NCBI GenBank assembly: GCA_031553915.1
Contig: JAVBKT010000001.1
Span: forward strand, 18,891 to 82,890
Source: Bacillota bacterium
GTDB taxonomy: Bacteria > Bacillota > Dehalobacteriia > UBA4068
Length of the DNA stretch: 64,000 nucleotides
Reading direction: 5' to 3'
Shown piece by piece: positions 58,764 through 64,000 of the stretch. The first letter of the stretch is position 1. Each line of letters starts with the position of its first letter. The notes beneath the pieces were generated by a model, which had not been told where the DNA came from, did no database searches, and was given only the letters and a program-made list of their open reading frames with translations. Both the position numbers and the translations under genes were made by a program.

Positions 58764-59531
58764 TTATTCCTTTGTAATTTGTTCTTGTGTCTTACCAAAG
58801 CGGCGGTTGCGGTTTTGATAAGCGATAATTGCTTCCAGCAAATCCCTTTTACTAAAATCAGGCCACAGCTTATCGGTAAAATATAATTCCTCATAAGCTC
58901 CCTGCCAGAGCAGGAAATTGCTAATCCTTTGCTCGCCTGAGGGCCGAATCATCAAATCAGGATCAAACTCTCCTGCTGTGTCAAGATAAGCGCTAAAGGC
59001 CTGCTCATCAATGGCAGTGATATCAAGCGCGCCATCCTGCACGTCATACGCTATGGCTTTGACAGCACGCAGCAGCTCATCCCTGCCGCCATAATTAACC
59101 GCAATATTGAGCAGCATCTGTTGATTAGCTGCGGTAGCCTGCTGCGCTTGCTCCAGCGCTGCTCTTACTTTATCCGGCAGCCCCTGCTTATCGCCAAGAA
59201 AGCCTAAGCGGATATTCTGCTCATTCATCAGTTTAGTTTCTTTTTCTAAATAGTCGATGAACAAATGCATGAGAAACCGGACTTCTTCTGCCGGACGCTG
59301 CCAGTTTTCCGTCGAAAATGCATAAACGCTCAAAATGGGTATTGCTATTTCCCGGCAAATTTCGACAGTTCTGCGCAGGGCTTCAGCGCCTGCCTTATGC
59401 CCGGCAGTTCTCGGCAAATGTCGTTTGCTTGCCCATCTACCGTTACCATCCATAATAATTGCAATGTGGCGGGGCAATTTCTCTTGATCCACTTGGATAA
59501 GAAGATCTTGATATTGCTCTTGTTGGCCCAT
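58764..59531 (-). CDS. uppS: isoprenyl transferase / undecaprenyl diphosphate synthase
   Basis: HIAIIMDGNGRWA motif and a cis-IPPS fold. Confidence 0.9.
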   Translation of the reverse strand: MGQQEQYQDLLIQVDQEKLPRHIAIIMDGNGRWASKRHLPRTAGHKAGAEALRRTVEICREIAIPILSVYAFSTENWQRPAEEVRFLMHLFIDYLEKETKLMNEQNIRLGFLGDKQGLPDKVRAALEQAQQATAANQQMLLNIAVNYGGRDELLRAVKAIAYDVQDGALDITAIDEQAFSAYLDTAGEFDPDLMIRPSGEQRISNFLLWQGAYEELYFTDKLWPDFSKRDLLEAIIAYQNRNRRFGKTQEQITKE

Positions 59532-59685
59532 AGATGCTCCTAAACAATTATACCAGATATGGGTATTATCTCACAGAATCGTCAATACTACAATATGGAA
59601 ATTATTAATTTAGTGCATAGTTCTTGAATAATTCCTTAAATATTCATTAATTCGTCACGCTTTGATAAGCGCTGATAAATTATCA

Positions 59686-59716
59686 TAATAAAAAACCCCT
59701 TCCGACAAGGAAGGGG
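59686..59716 (-). terminator. rho-independent terminator after ferredoxin gene (ccccttcc-gacaa-ggaagggg, T-run on minus strand)
   Basis: Seen in the sequence. Confidence 0.7.
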
Positions 59717-59735
59717 TTTAAGCGCTTTTTGGGGC

Positions 59736-59900
59736 TTATTTTTCGATGATCGCGCCACTCGGGCAAGAATCAACACAAGCGCCACATTCAACGCAAGCTT
59801 CAGTGATTTTGTAAATATCGCCTTCAACGATTGCCTCAGATGGGCATTCACTCAAGCAAGCGCCACAAGCCAAGCATTCTTCAGTAATTACATATGCCAT
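59736..59900 (-). CDS. fdx: 2x[4Fe-4S] clostridial-type ferredoxin, 54 aa (MAYVITEECLACGACLSECPSEAIVEGDIYKITEACVECGACVDSCPSGAIIEK); missed by ORF track (<60 aa)
   Basis: GGAGG RBS 6 nt before the ATG. There are two CxxCxxCxxxCP motifs. It has its own terminator. Confidence 0.85.
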   Translation of the reverse strand: MAYVITEECLACGACLSECPSEAIVEGDIYKITEACVECGACVDSCPSGAIIEK

Positions 59901-59982
59901 GATTATCTCCTCCTTGAAATGTAATCATTCTTAATTGAGAACAAACCGCTCAATTACCCTTTAATATTCGACAATTGAGTAG

Positions 59983-60549
59983 CTATACCTCCATAACTTC
60001 TTTTTCCTTTTCAGAAAAAATTTCATCAACTTTTTTGATAGATTTATCCGTCATTTTCTGCACGTCATCCAGGCCTTTCTTGGCCTCGTCTTCAGAAACT
60101 TCTTTGTTTTTTTCCAAAGATTTGATGTGGTCATTAGCATCACGCCGGATATTGCGCACAGCCACCTTGGCCTCTTCCGCCTTACCAGCGCACTGTTTGA
60201 CAATCTCCTTGCGCCGCTCTTCGGTAAGCTGAGGAATAGCGAGACGAATAACCACACCGTCGTTAGCGGGGGTAATCCCCAGCTCGGATTTTAAGATTGC
60301 CTTTTCAATAGCGCTGATATTATTTTTATCCCAGGGCTGGATCACGATCAAACGTGGTTCCGGGCAGGAAATATTCGCAGTTTGGTTTATCGGAGTGGGT
60401 GTTCCGTAAAAATCCACCATAATCCGGTCCAGCAAGGCAGGGGTTGCCCTGCCGGCGCGCAATGAAGCAAAATCACTGATCAGAATCTTCTCAACCTTTC
60501 CCATACGGTCTTCGGCATCGTTCAGTATTTCTTTAATCATTGTTTTCAC
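59983..60549 (-). CDS. frr: ribosome recycling factor
   Basis: 188 aa with conserved Frr sequence. Confidence 0.9.
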   Translation of the reverse strand: MKTMIKEILNDAEDRMGKVEKILISDFASLRAGRATPALLDRIMVDFYGTPTPINQTANISCPEPRLIVIQPWDKNNISAIEKAILKSELGITPANDGVVIRLAIPQLTEERRKEIVKQCAGKAEEAKVAVRNIRRDANDHIKSLEKNKEVSEDEAKKGLDDVQKMTDKSIKKVDEIFSEKEKEVMEV

Positions 60550-61267
60550 CTCCCAGATATGTTCCTATTTTTTCTCCCATCACAGCCTTCATCATATTCC
60601 CGGCTTTGTTAATATTAAACACAATCAGCGGTATATGATTGTCCTTGCATAAAGAAGCGGCGGTCGTATCCATAACATGCAATTCTTTATTGATAACATC
60701 CAAATATGACAGCTGCTCAAAAAGAGCGGCCTTAGGATTAGCTTTGGGGTCCGAATCATAGACCCCGTCCACTTTTTTCGCCATCAAAATTACTTCCGCA
60801 TGTATTTCAGCAGCGCGTAGGGCTGCTGCTGTATCAGTTGAAAAATATGGGTTACCGGTACCGGCGGCAAAAATGACTACGCGGCCTTTTTCCAGATGCC
60901 GGACAGCGCGCAGGCGAATATATGATTCCGCAACAGCTTTAATCTCAATCGCGCTTTGCACCCGGCAATCGACACCGTGTTGCTCAATAGCATCGGCCAG
61001 GGCCAAGGCATTAATCAGGGTTGCCATCATTCCCATATAATCCGCGGTAGCACGGTCCATACCGCCTTCGCTGCCAGTAATACCTCTCCAGATATTACCG
61101 CCGCCGACGACGATAGCTACTTCAACTCCGGCGTTTTTGATTTGGGCAATTTCCTCAGCCATGCGATTGAGCGTTGGCTGATTAAGGCCATGTGCCAGGT
61201 CTCCCGCTAAACTTTCCCCGCTTACTTTAAGGATAATTCGCTGATACTTTGGCTGTTGTGCGGTCAT
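60533..61267 (-). CDS. pyrH: UMP kinase
   Basis: 244 aa amino-acid-kinase fold with KLSGE. Confidence 0.9.
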   Translation of the reverse strand: MTAQQPKYQRIILKVSGESLAGDLAHGLNQPTLNRMAEEIAQIKNAGVEVAIVVGGGNIWRGITGSEGGMDRATADYMGMMATLINALALADAIEQHGVDCRVQSAIEIKAVAESYIRLRAVRHLEKGRVVIFAAGTGNPYFSTDTAAALRAAEIHAEVILMAKKVDGVYDSDPKANPKAALFEQLSYLDVINKELHVMDTTAASLCKDNHIPLIVFNINKAGNMMKAVMGEKIGTYLGGENND

Positions 61268-61293
61268 ATTGCCTCTTTCCGCAATCCGGCTGT

Positions 61294-61947
61294 TTAACCC
61301 TGTTTGCTCAGCTCGGCAACTTCTTCAGCAAGATTGCTTTCTTTTTTCTCAATACCTTCACCAACGACAAAACGGGCAAAACGGCGGATAGAAATATTCT
61401 CGCCGATTTTGGCAACTTTTTCTGTGAGATATTTTTCAACGGTCAGGTCATTATCTTTAATATAAACCTGTTCCATCAGGCAAACTTCTTTATAGTACTT
61501 TTCAATACGGCCGGCCACAATTTTGTCCAAAATTTGTTCTGGTTTACCATCATTAATTGCTTGCTGGCGGGCAATATTGCTTTCTCTTTCCACGATATCA
61601 GCAGGAACTTCGTCTCTTTTGACATATTCCGGGTTAGCAGCGGCAATCTGCATGGCGATATCCTTGCAAAAACCTCTGAACTCATCAGTATTGGCAACGA
61701 AATCCGTTTCGCAGTTGACTTCGACCAAAACACCAATGCGTCCGCCGCCATGAATATAGGCTTCGACAACGCCTTCGGCAGCGACACGACCGGCTTTTTT
61801 GGCAGCGGCAGCCAGACCTTTTTCTCTCAAAAGGTCAATCGCTTTTTCCATATCACCATCAGCTTCGGCCAGACATTTTTTACAGTCCATCATGCCGGCG
61901 CCGGTTCTTTCGCGTAAAACTTTTACATCCTGTGCACTAATTGCCAT
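61294..61947 (-). CDS. tsf: elongation factor Ts
   Basis: 217 aa. The N-terminal UBA-like motif [19 protein letters not shown] is present. Confidence 0.9.
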   Translation of the reverse strand: MAISAQDVKVLRERTGAGMMDCKKCLAEADGDMEKAIDLLREKGLAAAAKKAGRVAAEGVVEAYIHGGGRIGVLVEVNCETDFVANTDEFRGFCKDIAMQIAAANPEYVKRDEVPADIVERESNIARQQAINDGKPEQILDKIVAGRIEKYYKEVCLMEQVYIKDNDLTVEKYLTEKVAKIGENISIRRFARFVVGEGIEKKESNLAEEVAELSKQG

Positions 61948-61963
61948 TTGTTCACGTCCTCCT

Positions 61964-62800
61964 TTATTGTTCAGCAGCTTCAGCTGCGGGAGCTTCTTTA
62001 GCTATTTCTTCTGCTACAACTTCTTCGGCCACGATTTCTTCAATATCAGCTGCCGGAGCGGCCTCTGCCGCTGCAGCCGCACTGGCGGCCTCTTCAGCAG
62101 CTGCGCTGGCAGCATCTATCCCCTGCTGGGCCTCGATGATAGCATCCGCCATCTTGGCTGCCAAAAGCTTGACTGCGCGGATAGCGTCATCATTGCCGGG
62201 GATAACATAGTCAATTTCATCAGGGTCACAGTTGGTATCAACAATACCGACGATGGGGATATTAAGAAGTCTGGCTTCTGCCACGGCGATTCTCTCTTTT
62301 CTGGGGTCAACCACAAAGAGGGCGCCCGGCAGCTTATTCATATCTTTAATGCCGCCCAAAAATCTTTCCAGTTTCTCTTTTTTCACTTTCAGCTGTGATA
62401 CTTCTTTTTTGGGCAAGCGCTCAAACGTACCGTCTTCTTCCATTTTCTCTAGGTCACGCAGATAGCTGATGCGGCTCTGAATGGTCTTGAAATTGGTCAG
62501 CATCCCGCCCAGCCAACGTTCGTTGACGAAAAACTGGCCGCAGCGTTCGGCTTCTTCTTTGATCGAATCCTGAGCCTGTTTTTTGGTGCCGACAAACAAT
62601 ACGCTCTTGCCGGTTGCGGCAACGCTTTTAATAAAGTTATATGCCTCATCGACTTTGTGGACGGTTTTTTGCAGGTCAATGATGTAGATCCCATTTCTCT
62701 CAGTGAAAATATAGGGAGCCATCTTGGGGTTCCAGCGACGGGTCTGATGTCCAAAATGAACACCTGCTTCTAAAAGTTGTTTCATAGAAATTACTGCCAT
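61964..62800 (-). CDS. rpsB: 30S ribosomal protein S2 with Ala/Glu-rich C-terminal extension; start trimmed to [19 protein letters not shown] (GGAGG RBS)
   Basis: Canonical S2 N-terminus. There is a low-complexity acidic tail about 45 aa long. Confidence 0.9.
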   Translation of the reverse strand: MAVISMKQLLEAGVHFGHQTRRWNPKMAPYIFTERNGIYIIDLQKTVHKVDEAYNFIKSVAATGKSVLFVGTKKQAQDSIKEEAERCGQFFVNERWLGGMLTNFKTIQSRISYLRDLEKMEEDGTFERLPKKEVSQLKVKKEKLERFLGGIKDMNKLPGALFVVDPRKERIAVAEARLLNIPIVGIVDTNCDPDEIDYVIPGNDDAIRAVKLLAAKMADAIIEAQQGIDAASAAAEEAASAAAAAEAAPAADIEEIVAEEVVAEEIAKEAPAAEAAEQ

Positions 62801-63099
62801 TTGTATTGCCTCCTGTTTTATTTTTGTTATTTGCCGCCGGCATTTCCAAAGCCGCTCACCTGGGAATAGTTCTTTATCAACCATACCGAGGCACGCGAAC
62901 GACCAATTCACGCCGTGTGTAATAACAGACTGCATAGCGCTAAACTATGCCACTGATAAACATACCATAGTAAGCACATTTTTGCAAGTATTTTTTGCCG
63001 CAAAGCAGCGTTGCTTATTATGGTATGTTTTTTGTTGATACGCTATTTTGTGTCAGATCTAGAATTTTTATCCTTTTTGAAAATAAGCCTGTTTAGATA

Positions 63100-64000
63100 T
63101 TAAAGAATAAACCTGCTCAAATCCTCATCAGTGGCAATCTCCGCCAGCTTATATTCAATATATTTGCGGTCAATATTGAAATGCCCCTGTACTTTTTCCG
63201 GCGCATCATAAAGAAGGTCTTCCAACACTTTTTCCAAAATCGTATGCAGCCGTCTGGCGCCGATATTCTCGGTATTACTGTTCACCTTATCCGCTATTTC
63301 CGCCAGTGCGTCAATACCGTCCTCGCTAAACTCAGCGTCTACACCGTCAACCTGCAACAAAGCCAGATACTGCTCAATCAGGGAGTTTTCCGGCTCGCGC
63401 AGGATACGGCGCAAATCTTCCCGGGTCAGAGTATCAAGATTGACCCGAATGGGGAAACGGCCTTGCAGCTCCGGAATTAGATCAGACGGTTTGGACATCG
63501 AAAACGCTCCGGCAGCGATAAAGAGCACAAAATCGCTCTTGACCGGGCCATATTTGGTCTGTACAGTGCAGCCTTCAACTATCGGTAAAATATCTCTTTG
63601 CACACCGCCGCGGGAAACATCAGGACCGCTGCCGCCATGCTCTCCGGCTATTTTGTCCAGCTCGTCAAGGAAAACAATACCGCTTTGCTCCGCGCGCTCC
63701 ACCCCCAGCTGATTTACTTCATCGTCATCAATCAGCTTATCTGCCTCTTCCTGGGTAATAATGCGTTTGGCCTCGGCAATAGTAACCTTGCGTTTTTTCA
63801 TCTTTTTGGGCATGATATTGCCTAAAATAGCAGACATATCAATGCCCATTTGATCGGCGCCGGTCATCTGCGGAGGGGTCTCCTCAACCTCAATCTCAAT
63901 AATCTGCTTATCTAAATTGCCTTTGGCAAGCTGATCACGCAGCCATACTCTCTTGCGGCGAATCTCTTCGTTTTTGCTTTTGGCTTCTTCACTGTTATCT
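63100..64000 (-). CDS. hslU: ATP-dependent protease ATPase subunit HslU, C-terminal ~300 aa; gene continues past window end
   Basis: AAA+ sensor and C-terminal motifs (GARRLHTILE, ...LSRFIL). Confidence 0.85.
   Translation of the reverse strand, partial: DNSEEAKSKNEEIRRKRVWLRDQLAKGNLDKQIIEIEVEETPPQMTGADQMGIDMSAILGNIMPKKMKKRKVTIAEAKRIITQEEADKLIDDDEVNQLGVERAEQSGIVFLDELDKIAGEHGGSGPDVSRGGVQRDILPIVEGCTVQTKYGPVKSDFVLFIAAGAFSMSKPSDLIPELQGRFPIRVNLDTLTREDLRRILREPENSLIEQYLALLQVDGVDAEFSEDGIDALAEIADKVNSNTENIGARRLHTILEKVLEDLLYDAPEKVQGHFNIDRKYIEYKLAEIATDEDLSRFIL

Noticed and set aside
59636-59851. 71-aa minus-strand track ORF
   Set aside because: It is out of frame with the clear 54-aa 2x[4Fe-4S] ferredoxin that has an RBS and a terminator.
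1-64000. tRNA/rRNA genes, CRISPR arrays, transposases or integrases
   Set aside because: No T-arm or acceptor-like motifs appear in intergenic regions. There are no short direct-repeat arrays and no recombinase-like ORFs. The region is core chromosome.

Overview
This window is a 64-kb chromosomal segment from a low-GC Gram-positive anaerobe (about 47% GC, Firmicutes-like; the gene content resembles Clostridia or Negativicutes). Apart from one LysM gene, every gene is on the minus strand, so this is a leading-strand region of one replichore.

From left to right the window contains:
- 1-4.4 kb: a glycine/sarcosine/betaine-reductase-type selenoprotein cluster (N-terminal fragment of grdA, then trxA, trxB, a grdB-like gene with an in-frame UGA, and a grdE-like gene).
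- 4.7-7.5 kb: a class-III aminotransferase and a PurB/PcaB-family lyase upstream of that cluster.
- 7.5-8.3 kb: about 800 bp with no convincing gene.
- 8.3-10.7 kb: a NitT/TauT-family ABC transporter.
- 10.9-16.3 kb: a multimeric NADH-dependent (bifurcating-type) [FeFe] hydrogenase operon.
- 16.4-19.6 kb: a HydS-like sensory [FeFe] hydrogenase with PHP, DRTGG and anti-sigma-kinase-like partners.
- 19.8-32.4 kb: the dcw cell-wall/division cluster (mraZ through murB, with no murF).
- 32.7-36.8 kb: an accessory block (frameshifted small multidrug exporter, M20 amidohydrolase, TPR-like membrane protein, Fur-family regulator, YlbF-like, LysM).
- 36.9-62.8 kb: a small DUF1858-like redox protein with an in-frame TGA, then gdhA, dnaE, radC, an LCP protein, a coiled-coil plus membrane-protein pair, a PHP esterase, a dipeptidase, ymdB, rny, recX, recA with a LexA box, proS, ispG, rseP, dxr, an AI-2E transporter, cdsA, uppS, an unannotated 2x[4Fe-4S] ferredoxin, frr, pyrH, tsf and rpsB.
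- 63.1-64.0 kb: the 3' part of hslU.

The most interesting items are:
- A new Sec/Cys-motif small protein.
- An atypical Grd-type reductase neighbourhood.
- A catalytic HydA whose H-cluster cubane-ligand Cys is encoded as Ser.
- Several unusually long perfect palindromes.

No tRNA, rRNA, CRISPR array or mobile element was found.
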